This document shows positions 20,348-29,240 of a DNA stretch of 64,000 bases, piece by piece. Position numbers and translations under genes: made by a program. The stretch comes from Candidatus Micrarchaeota archaeon. GTDB taxonomy: Archaea > Micrarchaeota > Micrarchaeia > Norongarragalinales > Norongarragalinaceae. The stretch is from contig JACQQD010000012.1 of NCBI GenBank assembly GCA_016207165.1, positions 32,001 through 96,000 of the forward strand, given 5' to 3'. The stretch's first letter is position 1. Each line of letters begins with the position of its first letter. The notes beneath the pieces are model-generated. The model worked only from the letters and a program-made list of their open reading frames with translations, searched no databases and had not been told where the DNA came from.

Positions 20348-21433
20348 ATGGGCATCACCGAAAAAATCAAGGAAATCGAAGACCAGATGGCCAAGACCCA
20401 GAAGCACAAGGGCACCGAACACCACTTGGGCATGCTGAAAGCGAAACTCGCCAAACTCAAAAAGGAACAACTCGGGGGGTCGGCAGGAGGAGGCGGAGCC
20501 GCCGGCGGGTTTGCCGTCAAGAAATCCGGGAACGCCACCGTCGCCTTCATTGGTCTGCCTTCCGTGGGAAAATCCACGCTCTTGAGCGCCTTGACGGGCG
20601 CGAAAAGCAAGGCCGCCGCCTACGCCTTCACCACGCTGACGTGCATCCCCGGCATGCTGCAATACAACGGCGCCAACATCCAATTACTGGACTTGCCCGG
20701 CATCATCGCCGGCGCCAAAACCGGCCGGGGGCGCGGACGGGAAGTGCTCGCCGTGGCCCGCTCCGCCGACCTGGTTTTGTTGATCGTCGACGTGTTTGAC
20801 CCCCATTACGCGTCCAAGCTCAAGGAAGAACTTTACGGCATCGGCATCCGGGTGGACGAGAACCCTCCGGACATCGTCGTCGAGACGGCCGTCCGCGGCG
20901 GATTGAACGTCGAGTTCACGAAAAAGCAGTCGGAACTCGACGAAAAAACCGTGACGGGCGTCGTCAACGAGTACGGCATCTTCAACGGCTCCGTCATCAT
21001 CCGTCAAAACGCCACCGTCGACGAACTCATCGACGTCTTGACCGCGAACCGGCGCTACATTCCCTCTTTGACCGTGGTTAACAAAGTGGATTTGGCCAAG
21101 GCATCCGATCTAAAGAAATGGGATAAAGGCTTCGTCGGCGTCTCGGCGCAGAACCGCGAGAACATCGAGCAACTCAAGGAAGCCATCTTCCAAAAACTGC
21201 AGTTAATCCGCGTCTACACCAAGACCCGCTTCAAAGGCCCCGATAAAGACGAGCCCATGATGCTCAAACGGGGCGCCACCATCGCGGATTTTTGCGACCA
21301 AGTGCACCGCGACATGCGTTCCCTCTTGAAGTACGCCCAAGTTTGGGGGGCGTCCGCCAAGCACCCCGGCCAAAAAGTCGGCTTAAGCCACGTCATTGCC
21401 GACGGCGACGTCGTGCAACTACACAAACGCTAG
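20348..21433 (+). CDS. DRG/Rbg-family GTPase with TGS domain
   Basis: GLPSVGKST, YAFTT, DLPG, NKVD, C-terminal TGS (GQKVGLSH). Confidence 0.93.
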   Translation: MGITEKIKEIEDQMAKTQKHKGTEHHLGMLKAKLAKLKKEQLGGSAGGGGAAGGFAVKKSGNATVAFIGLPSVGKSTLLSALTGAKSKAAAYAFTTLTCIPGMLQYNGANIQLLDLPGIIAGAKTGRGRGREVLAVARSADLVLLIVDVFDPHYASKLKEELYGIGIRVDENPPDIVVETAVRGGLNVEFTKKQSELDEKTVTGVVNEYGIFNGSVIIRQNATVDELIDVLTANRRYIPSLTVVNKVDLAKASDLKKWDKGFVGVSAQNRENIEQLKEAIFQKLQLIRVYTKTRFKGPDKDEPMMLKRGATIADFCDQVHRDMRSLLKYAQVWGASAKHPGQKVGLSHVIADGDVVQLHKR

Positions 21434-21775
21434 TCGTTTTTGCCATGACCCACGGCGTCAACAAAAAAGTCAGTTCCCCCCCCCACAAGAAGGATTTCCG
21501 TTGAGGCTTAAGATCGGTCCTTTTTCGACAAATAATACCATAACGCCAATGCGTGTGCCAGCATTTCCTCCCCCCACCTTCTCTGCCGTTTGGCTGCCAA
21601 CAGAACCGTATTAAGTGTTAAAACAATTATCAGCAAAATGATTTCAAAAAAGGAGAGTTCAGGCAAAAATACTTTAAAAAAAATACAAAAAACAGCATGG
21701 TATTTATATTAATGGAAGTGGGGGGTGGGACAAGCAAAGTCCTATTACCCGGCTTGATGAAGGTATTCCAACGGC

Positions 21776-22513
21776 ATGAAGCTGAAGTTCTCCAGCATTT
21801 TAAGCGAAGTCCGGGACGAGTTCTCGCCTTACTCCGCCGACGTGCTGTACTTGGGCGGCTGCCCCCTTCGGTGTCCGTACTGCTTCGTGCCGGACTTGTT
21901 GGACACGAAAACCTGTGAAGAAAAAGACGTCGAAGAACTGGCCGCCTATTTTTTGAAGAAGAACACGCGGGCGCTCTCCGTCAAAGGAGGCGAACCCTTC
22001 ACGCAAGGCAACGCCCTGCTGCAACTGCTTCGCATGCTGAAAGGACACGGCGTCAAGACCAAAACGGAAACCGCCGGCTACTTCCCCGAAAGCCTGCGGG
22101 CCGCACTGGAGTGGCTGGACCACGCCGCCGTCGACGTCAAGACGCGCTTGGAGCCAAAAGCCTACCATGAAATGACGGGCGTCAAAGGCGACTTGGCGTT
22201 GATGAACCTCCTCAAAACGCTCGCGTTTTTGGAGTCCACGCCCTTTCCGGTTTTCCGGGAAATCCGCTTTACGGTGGTGCCGGGAAAAAACGATGACCCC
22301 AAAACCGTTCAGGACGTGGCGTCCTACGTGCGGAACTACTGCGATTTGTTCGTCCTCCAGCAATTCGACCCAAAACCCCGTTTAGTAGATGAACGCTACC
22401 GCGCCATGGCGGCAACCCCCATCCAAAGCCTAACGGACCTAGCCATGCTGGCGCGCAACCTGGTTCCCAACGTCGCCATTAAAACGGCAAACGGCGTGCA
22501 ATACCTGAAATGA
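21776..22513 (+). CDS. Radical SAM protein, glycyl-radical activase (NrdG/PflA)-like
   Basis: GCPLRCPYC (CxxxCxxC), GGEP. Confidence 0.82.
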   Translation: MKLKFSSILSEVRDEFSPYSADVLYLGGCPLRCPYCFVPDLLDTKTCEEKDVEELAAYFLKKNTRALSVKGGEPFTQGNALLQLLRMLKGHGVKTKTETAGYFPESLRAALEWLDHAAVDVKTRLEPKAYHEMTGVKGDLALMNLLKTLAFLESTPFPVFREIRFTVVPGKNDDPKTVQDVASYVRNYCDLFVLQQFDPKPRLVDERYRAMAATPIQSLTDLAMLARNLVPNVAIKTANGVQYLK

Positions 22514-23256
22514 TGCGGAAAATCAAGGAGTGGGGATACCAAGTCTACCACGGCAAGTTCCCGCCCGGCGCGATCCGCTTCCAATACAACGTGTCACTGG
22601 GACAAGAACTCACTGAAGAAAACCGCCGAGAAATCCAGGGAATCAAAGAACGCTTCGACTTGACGGACGTCTACGTCGGCCACGGCACCACCATCCAACG
22701 CAACGGGTCCGCCCACGCAATCTTGGGTCCGCCCGGCATCGGAAAAACCCGGCTATTGAAAAACCTGGAAAAAACCGGTGCCCTCACCGGCTTGGATGAC
22801 GGCCTCATCGTCCTGGGAAAAATGCGGGACGGCCGCATGGTCACCATCACCACCGGAACGCTTCGAACCAACCTGCGCAAAGCGTTCGTCGAACAAAAAC
22901 TCCGCGGCATGGCCGACTACAAAAGCCCGTACTTGGGGGAACCAAGCGGCAGAGAACTCACGACGCGCCTGAAAAAAGACGCCATCATTGCACGCATCGC
23001 CCAACTGGCCAGCTTGTTTCTATGGAAAGACCGAAAACCGTTCGAACCGCAAGCCATTGAACTGGGAAACGGCGTGTACGTCCAACACCCCAAAAACCCC
23101 TTCGCCTTCCGCCACGTCAACGAGTCCGGCCAAACCCGGAAACTAAACCAAGAGGAAATCGAAGAAGTCTTCGGCACCCACCTCCAATCCATCCCAAGCC
23201 AGCCCGGCTGGCACCATGAAGCCGCCGGGAGAATCAATGCGACGCCGGTGACTTGA
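22510..23256 (+). CDS. Hypothetical protein with P-loop
   Basis: HG...AILGPPGIGKT...LDDGL, reminiscent of HPr-kinase-like P-loop proteins. Confidence 0.5.
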   Translation: MMRKIKEWGYQVYHGKFPPGAIRFQYNVSLGQELTEENRREIQGIKERFDLTDVYVGHGTTIQRNGSAHAILGPPGIGKTRLLKNLEKTGALTGLDDGLIVLGKMRDGRMVTITTGTLRTNLRKAFVEQKLRGMADYKSPYLGEPSGRELTTRLKKDAIIARIAQLASLFLWKDRKPFEPQAIELGNGVYVQHPKNPFAFRHVNESGQTRKLNQEEIEEVFGTHLQSIPSQPGWHHEAAGRINATPVT

Positions 23257-23259
23257 ACC

Positions 23260-23958
23260 ATGCGGAAGCCCGCGGCCGAGACAGCCCAAATCCTGGCTGA
23301 ACTCAAACGCCAAACCAACTTGAAAAACGTCGCCGGCATGAAGCGCTTCGGCATTTCCGGATCAAAAATGCTCGGCATCTCCATGCCCGTCTTGCGCCAA
23401 ATCGCCAAAAAAACCGGGAAAAACCACGCCTTGGCGCTAATGCTTTGGGAGTCCGGCTACCACGAAGCCCGGATTTTGGCCTCCATCGTGGACGAACCCG
23501 GCAAAGTGACCCCCCGACAGATGAACCAATGGATGGAAGAACTTGACTCGTGGGACGTGTGCGACCAAACGTGCGGAAACCTGTTCGATAAAACCCCGTT
23601 TGCGTGGAAAAAGGCCGCCGAGTGGGCCAAACGAGAAAAAGAATTCCAGCGCCGAGCCGGTTTTGCGTTGATGGCGACTTTGGCATGGCACGACAAGCAA
23701 AGCCCGGACAAGCAGTTCGAGGCCTTCTTACCACTCATCGCAAAGTACGCCACGGACGAACGCCGCTTCGTTCGGAAAGCCGTGAATTGGGCCTTGCGGC
23801 AAATCGGCAAACGAAACGAACGGCTTCGAAAAAAAGCCATACAAAACGCGAACCAAATCCTGAAAGTGCATCCGGATTCCACATCCGCAAAATGGATTGC
23901 CAAAGACGCCCTCCGGGAACTTGAAAATCCGGCCACCATCCAACGATTAAAATCCTAG
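23260..23958 (+). CDS. DNA alkylation repair protein (AlkD-like HEAT glycosylase)
   Basis: LWESGYHEARILA, DSWDVCD, FVRKAVNWALRQIGK. Confidence 0.88.
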   Translation: MRKPAAETAQILAELKRQTNLKNVAGMKRFGISGSKMLGISMPVLRQIAKKTGKNHALALMLWESGYHEARILASIVDEPGKVTPRQMNQWMEELDSWDVCDQTCGNLFDKTPFAWKKAAEWAKREKEFQRRAGFALMATLAWHDKQSPDKQFEAFLPLIAKYATDERRFVRKAVNWALRQIGKRNERLRKKAIQNANQILKVHPDSTSAKWIAKDALRELENPATIQRLKS

Positions 23959-23974
23959 CAACCAAAGCCATATC

Positions 23975-24730
23975 ATGCAATTGGAGGAAGGCCAACGCGT
24001 CATCCAGCAGGCGCTTTTGCGCGGAAGGCTGTGCGTGGTGGTTGGGCACTGTCATGTCAAGTACCACGGTCGCGCCGCGTCCAAACTCTCGCAAGGCGAC
24101 CGGCTTTTGGTTGTAAAACCCGACGGCACGTTCTTGGTGCACCAAGGCAAGAAAATGGCGGCGATTAACTACCAGGGCCCCGGCGCCATCGTGTCCGCCG
24201 AATTGAAGGAAGGCGCGCTCTTGGTGAAAGCCGAGCGGTCCAAACCCATGAACGAAGTCATCGAAGTCTCGTTTGATTCCCTGCAGGCCGCGCACAGTTT
24301 TACGTTGAAAGACGACGAGAACCTCCGGCTTTTCGGCTCGGAACGCCAGTTGGCCGATCTTTTGGAACAGGACCTCGCCTTGATTGAACCTGGGCTGAAA
24401 CCCTTGAAAAAGGAGGCGTTCATGCGGAAAGGCCGCATCGACTTGATGGCCCAAGACAAAAAAGGCGCCCTGGTCGCCATCGAACTGAAGCGCCGAAACG
24501 CGGGCTTGGATGCCGTGACGCAATTGAAGCGCTACGTTGACGAACTCTCCAAGCGCCAGAAATTCGAAGTCCGGGGAATTTTGTGCGCCCCCGAAATCAC
24601 GGCAAACGCCTTGAAAATGCTGGAACGCGAGGGACTCGAGTTTTTCAAGTTGGATTACGAGGTATCCAACCCTTCCGCAAAAATTAAAGGGCTGGAAAAG
24701 AAACAGAAGATGCTCAACGAATTCAGGTGA
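23975..24730 (+). CDS. nucS: Mismatch-specific endonuclease NucS/EndoMS
   Basis: YHGRAASKL..GDRLLVVKPDG.FLVH, GRIDL...IELKR, QLKRY. Confidence 0.93.
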   Translation: MQLEEGQRVIQQALLRGRLCVVVGHCHVKYHGRAASKLSQGDRLLVVKPDGTFLVHQGKKMAAINYQGPGAIVSAELKEGALLVKAERSKPMNEVIEVSFDSLQAAHSFTLKDDENLRLFGSERQLADLLEQDLALIEPGLKPLKKEAFMRKGRIDLMAQDKKGALVAIELKRRNAGLDAVTQLKRYVDELSKRQKFEVRGILCAPEITANALKMLEREGLEFFKLDYEVSNPSAKIKGLEKKQKMLNEFR

Positions 24731-24734
24731 AAAA

Positions 24735-25202
24735 ATGCCGAACGTGCACTTCACGAAAAAAGACGGAAAATACGCCATCGCGTTGTCGTATTCCCCAAAC
24801 GAAATCAAGGACTTGGCGGAGAAAGGCCTGTTTTTGGAAGCATTTGGCAGGCTGGATAAAATGATGGACCAAGCCTGCTTCGGGTTGATGCACCAGCACT
24901 TCAACGACGAGAAACTCGTTTCCGCATTGGTCGACGACGAATTGTCAGGGTTGGAAGCGTGCAAAGTCCTCTACCGAACCGGCGTCTTGGACAAGAAAAC
25001 CTTTCAGGACATCAAAAACTTCAAGAACGACCGCAACACCGTCACGCACGACATCTACGGCCACTACGCCCTGGCTTTGCGCCAAGCCGGCGAAATCCGA
25101 GACGAAGCGGATTTGAGGAAAAAAGCCGACGCGAAAGCCCAAAGCGCACTGCAAAAAGGGCTGGACGCATTCCATTTCCTCATGGCGTCGCTGAAGCGCT
25201 AA
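24735..25202 (+). CDS. Hypothetical protein, possible HEPN-like helical domain
   Basis: ORF in operon-like position; RNTVTH fits RxxxxH. Confidence 0.5.
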   Translation: MPNVHFTKKDGKYAIALSYSPNEIKDLAEKGLFLEAFGRLDKMMDQACFGLMHQHFNDEKLVSALVDDELSGLEACKVLYRTGVLDKKTFQDIKNFKNDRNTVTHDIYGHYALALRQAGEIRDEADLRKKADAKAQSALQKGLDAFHFLMASLKR

Positions 25203-25584
25203 GCGCCTCGCAGTACGCACCCAATTGGGGCGCGCCGTCCGGAAAATCCGTGCTCCCCGTAAACGGAAACGCCAGGCAATCAATGAAGCGGTCCTCCAAC
25301 AAATTCGCCAAATCCCGGCACGAGGCTTGCCGGTCCTCGGGATACCACACGCAAATTTGGGGGTCCACGTTCTTGAGGCGCTGGCGGTAGGCACTGCAAA
25401 ACTCTTTCGTGGTTACAGCCCCATACGTGTACGAGCCATTGACATTCTCGCAGAACAAGTCGGTGAGCACCGGCGACGCGGCCTGCCTAAGGCCGGGAGT
25501 CAACAACCACACCCCAACCACCGACGCGCCGACGATGACCAGCGTGGCGGCCAACAAAACCGTTCGTACCGACGACTCATCCAT
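25180..25584 (-). CDS. Hypothetical membrane-anchored Cys-containing protein
   Basis: N-terminal hydrophobic helix, six cysteines. Confidence 0.55.
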   Translation of the reverse strand: MDESSVRTVLLAATLVIVGASVVGVWLLTPGLRQAASPVLTDLFCENVNGSYTYGAVTTKEFCSAYRQRLKNVDPQICVWYPEDRQASCRDLANLLEDRFIDCLAFPFTGSTDFPDGAPQLGAYCEALSASATP

Positions 25585-25619
25585 ACCCTTTAAAGGGCTT
25601 CACGCCGTTTTAATGCGTT

Positions 25620-26588
25620 ATGGCTTTCGGAGACGTCATCAAGGCCCCGCTTCGGTGGCTCAAAGAAGACCCCGTCCTGTTTTTGCCGGCGATTCTCACC
25701 TGGATTCCCTTGATTTTGGCCGCCGCCTTGGCGCTGGCCATGTTCGGCCCCTTCATCTCCGGACTGCTATCCAGCGGGGACGCCTCGCAATACTTCCTGA
25801 ACAACGCAGGCCAAATCCTGGGCCTCGTCGTGCAACTCTTCATCCTGATTTTGGTGGTCGGCGTCGCTTCCTTCTTCATCGGCGTCTTTGTCAACCTGGC
25901 CTACGCGTACGCCGCCAAACAAAAACACGACGGACAAAAATTGTCTCTCTCCGATGCCTTCCGCGAAGCGAAAACCAAACTGGCGCACGGAATTTGGAGC
26001 CAGTTCTTGGGGGGCGTCGTCTACGGCGCGGCGTTTTTGGTCTTAATCATTCTGGTGGTGGCCGCCATTTTCTCGGCTTCCATCCCCGCTGTCGGAATCC
26101 TCATTGCCGTCTTGTTGGGGCTGGTGGCCGCCATCGGATTGCTGGCCCTGATTTTCCTGGGCTCCGCGACGTTCTACTACCTCATGCCGCAAATCGCCTT
26201 TTCCGACATGAAAGGCTTTTCCGCGTTCAAGACGTCCTGGAACCTCGTCTGGAAGTACAAACTGCAAAGCGTGGCCCTCGTTTTATTGTTGAGCATCGTC
26301 AGCAACATCTTGTCTCAAATTGCCACGGCCGCGCTTTCCACCATCTGGTTGTTCGTCATCTTGTTCGCCATCGTCTCGCTTTTCATCACGGCGTGGGTGG
26401 CGCTGACGGCCGCGGAATTCTGGCTGGTTTACTCCGGCGGTTCCCTGCCGAAAAGTGCACCCACCCCAAAACAGTCTACCCCCGCTGAAGCCAAGAAACC
26501 CGACTATACCAAAACATCCACGCAAAAACCGGTGCCGAAGCCCGCGGGCCGTACCGTGAAAGTCAAAGTCGTGCCCAAGAAAAAGTAG
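25620..26588 (+). CDS. Multipass membrane protein with Lys/Pro-rich tail
   Basis: About 6 hydrophobic helices; low-complexity basic C-terminus. Confidence 0.7.
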   Translation: MAFGDVIKAPLRWLKEDPVLFLPAILTWIPLILAAALALAMFGPFISGLLSSGDASQYFLNNAGQILGLVVQLFILILVVGVASFFIGVFVNLAYAYAAKQKHDGQKLSLSDAFREAKTKLAHGIWSQFLGGVVYGAAFLVLIILVVAAIFSASIPAVGILIAVLLGLVAAIGLLALIFLGSATFYYLMPQIAFSDMKGFSAFKTSWNLVWKYKLQSVALVLLLSIVSNILSQIATAALSTIWLFVILFAIVSLFITAWVALTAAEFWLVYSGGSLPKSAPTPKQSTPAEAKKPDYTKTSTQKPVPKPAGRTVKVKVVPKKK

Positions 26589-26618
26589 AATTCCAAAGAA
26601 GGCACTTGGAAAAAACAA

Positions 26619-26754
26619 TGGAGGGGGAGGGATTTGAACCCTCGAACCCACAAAGGGAACAGATTCCCCAACCCGGCCGAAAAGCCGGAACGTTCATGGG
26701 AGTTGGCCTGGGATCTTGAGTCTGTCGCGTTTGACCAGGCTTTGCTACCCCTCC
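26619..26754 (-). tRNA. tRNA-Leu(CAA) with ~50-nt intron at the canonical 37/38 position
   Basis: Minus strand: GGAGGGG acceptor pairs with CCCCTCC-A; ACAGA-CTCAAG-[intron]-ATCTGT anticodon arm; long variable arm; GAGGG-TTCAAAT-CCCTC T arm; CCA not encoded. Confidence 0.93.
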
Positions 26755-26761
26755 ATTTGAG

Positions 26762-26836
26762 CGAAGCGATTGGTCTACCTGACCAATCGCGGGCTCCGAT
26801 TAAACGAAGCGATTGAACCCATTTGGCTCAATCGCG
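26762..26836. repeat. Two tandem REP-like hairpins upstream of the tRNA
   Basis: CGAAGCGATTG-N-CAATCGCG occurs twice with different loops. Confidence 0.6.
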
Positions 26837-26918
26837 ATCTACACGGAACCGTAGGCGCGACTGGAAACGCTTATGCCGCACCCAGTTATTAAAGCCTTTT
26901 TACCTCGTTTTAAACGAA

Positions 26919-27908
26919 ATGAAAAAAACAAGGAGCGTGTTTGTCACCGGTGCCACGGGAAGGCTGGGCCGAGTGTTTGTGCGTTGGGCCCAGAAAAAGG
27001 GCTGGAAAGTAACGGCGTTGGTGCGCAACCCCGCCAAAGCCAGAAAGGTGTTGCCCCAAGGAGTTCACATCGTGAAAGGCGACTTGGATTCCATGCCGTT
27101 TCTGGAATTGTGCCGGGCGCTTCGGGGCAAAAGCGTGGTGCACATGGCCGGAGTCGTGGATTTCCGCGCGAACGCCGAACGGTTTTTCCGCATCAACGCC
27201 GCGGGAACACTCAAAATGGTGCAGGCCGCGGAACGCGAGCGAACGCCGCGGTTCGTGCACACGTCCAGCACGTCCATCTACCACTACGTCAACCGGCTTC
27301 CCATCACGGAACAGTTTGACCCGTCGCCGGCCAACGCGTACGGCAAAAGCAAGCTGGAAGCGGAAGCCGTCGTGCGCCGAAGCCAACTTAACTACGCCAT
27401 CATCCGGCCCTGCGCCATCTACGGCCCGGGGTTTGACGAGGGATTCAGTCAGGTGATGCAATGGGTAAAGAAAGGCAAAATGCCGATTCTGGGTTCCGGG
27501 AAAAACCACATCCCATTGATTCACGTTGAGGACGCCGCGCAGGCGTTGTGGCTGGCGTTGGAGAACGACGCCTACCAAGAGGACTTTATTGTCAGTAGCG
27601 GCGAACAATTCACGCAGGAAGAAGCGCTTTGCATGCTGGCAGACGCCCTCAAGGCGCCAAGGCCCACGCGTCACGTGATGAGGCCCCTGGCGTACGCGCT
27701 GGCGGGATTGGATGCCTTGAACGGCTTGTTCACCGGAAAAAGAAAGCTGTTGCGCACGCACGTGGACTTTTTGATGGAGGACCGCGTGTTTGACATTTCC
27801 AAAGCCCGGCGAATCCTGGGCTTCAGACCCAAAATCACGTTACAGCAAGGCATCCGGGAACTGGTCCGCGACACGTCACGCCGAACACCGCGTCAGCATG
27901 GGTCTTAA
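26919..27908 (+). CDS. NAD-dependent epimerase/dehydratase family protein
   Basis: TGATGRLG and YGKSK. Confidence 0.88.
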   Translation: MKKTRSVFVTGATGRLGRVFVRWAQKKGWKVTALVRNPAKARKVLPQGVHIVKGDLDSMPFLELCRALRGKSVVHMAGVVDFRANAERFFRINAAGTLKMVQAAERERTPRFVHTSSTSIYHYVNRLPITEQFDPSPANAYGKSKLEAEAVVRRSQLNYAIIRPCAIYGPGFDEGFSQVMQWVKKGKMPILGSGKNHIPLIHVEDAAQALWLALENDAYQEDFIVSSGEQFTQEEALCMLADALKAPRPTRHVMRPLAYALAGLDALNGLFTGKRKLLRTHVDFLMEDRVFDISKARRILGFRPKITLQQGIRELVRDTSRRTPRQHGS

Positions 27909-27968
27909 AAAAACCGCCTGCACTAATGCATGAAATGAATAAAGCAAGTCGCACGAGGAGAGCCAATC

Positions 27969-29075
27969 ATGGTTGACGTGTTGGGCGCCGTGTTGCCGGA
28001 TTGGGCGGCGGCCCTTGGAATCTTCATCGGATCCATCGTCTTGGCCGAGGGCGTCATCGTCGTCATCGACAAGCTCATCCGGCCGCTTTTGTCCAAGACC
28101 AAGACCGTCTTGGACGACTACCTCTTTGAAAACCTCCGGGGGCCCCTGAAACTCTTGTTCTCGGTGTTCGGAGCCTACTACGGCATCAAACTGCTGTACA
28201 GCGATTTCCAAGTTTGGGGATACGGACTGGACGCGTTGCTGGGCTTTGCCCTCATTGTTTCCGTGGGGCACGCCGTCGCGCGCGCGCTTTCCGCCGTCCT
28301 GAAGTGGTACGTCCAAGAAATCGGCATCCAGCAAAAAAGCCGGGTCGGCGACGTGTTCCCCATCCTCTCCAAAATCCTCAAGGCCGCCGTCTACTTCGGC
28401 ACCCTCATCGTTCTGTTGAGTGAATTGGGCGTGGAGATTGGGCCCCTCATTGCAGGACTTGGCGTCGCGGGGTTGGCCGTGGCCTTGGCCCTGCAAGATT
28501 CGCTGAAAAACTTTTTCGCCGGCGTGTACCTGTTGGCCGACAAACCCATTCGGCAAGGCGACATCATCGCCTTGGATAGCGATAAATCGGAAATCAAGGG
28601 AACCGTCGAGGAAATCGGTTGGCGGGCCACCCGCATCCGGGGGGTTGCCAACGCCATCCACATCATTCCCAACGAAAAACTCGCGCAAAGCGTGATCGTC
28701 AACTACAGCAAAGGACGAGATACGCGGACGCTCATGGTGAAAGTCGGCGTGCCATACGGCGAAGACCCCCAGAAAGCCCTGGACGCCCTGAAGAAAGCGG
28801 CGGAAGAGGCTATTGCGTCCTCGCCGGCTACCGACCAAAGCGTCCCCGCCGAAGTGCGAATCAACGAGTTCCTGGATTCCTCCGTGGAACTGGCGGCGTT
28901 GGTACGCGTCAAAGACTACGGCGAACGCTTCAAAGTGGCCACGGAACTTCGAAAAAACATCTTGCGCATCTTCAAAAAGCAACGCATCGAGATACCGTTT
29001 CCCATCCGGACCATTCATTTGAACGACGGGCGCGCCACCCCAAAGCAAAAGCACACGGCCAAAAAAACCCAGTAA
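27969..29075 (+). CDS. mscS: Small-conductance mechanosensitive channel
   Basis: AGLGVAGLAVALALQD.LKNFFAG, GTVEEIGWRAT, IPN, IEIPFP. Confidence 0.92.
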   Translation: MVDVLGAVLPDWAAALGIFIGSIVLAEGVIVVIDKLIRPLLSKTKTVLDDYLFENLRGPLKLLFSVFGAYYGIKLLYSDFQVWGYGLDALLGFALIVSVGHAVARALSAVLKWYVQEIGIQQKSRVGDVFPILSKILKAAVYFGTLIVLLSELGVEIGPLIAGLGVAGLAVALALQDSLKNFFAGVYLLADKPIRQGDIIALDSDKSEIKGTVEEIGWRATRIRGVANAIHIIPNEKLAQSVIVNYSKGRDTRTLMVKVGVPYGEDPQKALDALKKAAEEAIASSPATDQSVPAEVRINEFLDSSVELAALVRVKDYGERFKVATELRKNILRIFKKQRIEIPFPIRTIHLNDGRATPKQKHTAKKTQ

Positions 29076-29177
29076 CGCGGCACCAAAACCCCAAGACAGA
29101 CCACAGAACCCCCGCATCAAAAGGACGCGGCAAAGCATAACGCCGTTATTTTTATTGTCGAAGACATAACGCTTATA

Positions 29178-29224
29178 TACCTACATATGGTATCTGATCA
29201 TACAAAAAACACAAGATATTGTGT
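29178..29224. promoter_or_regulatory. Tandem NrdR-box-like sites
   Basis: TACCTACATATGGTAT (29178-29193) and ACACAAGATATTGTGT (29209-29224), 31 bp apart, upstream of nrdD. Confidence 0.72.
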
Positions 29225-29240
29225 TTTCGGGGGAGTGGGC

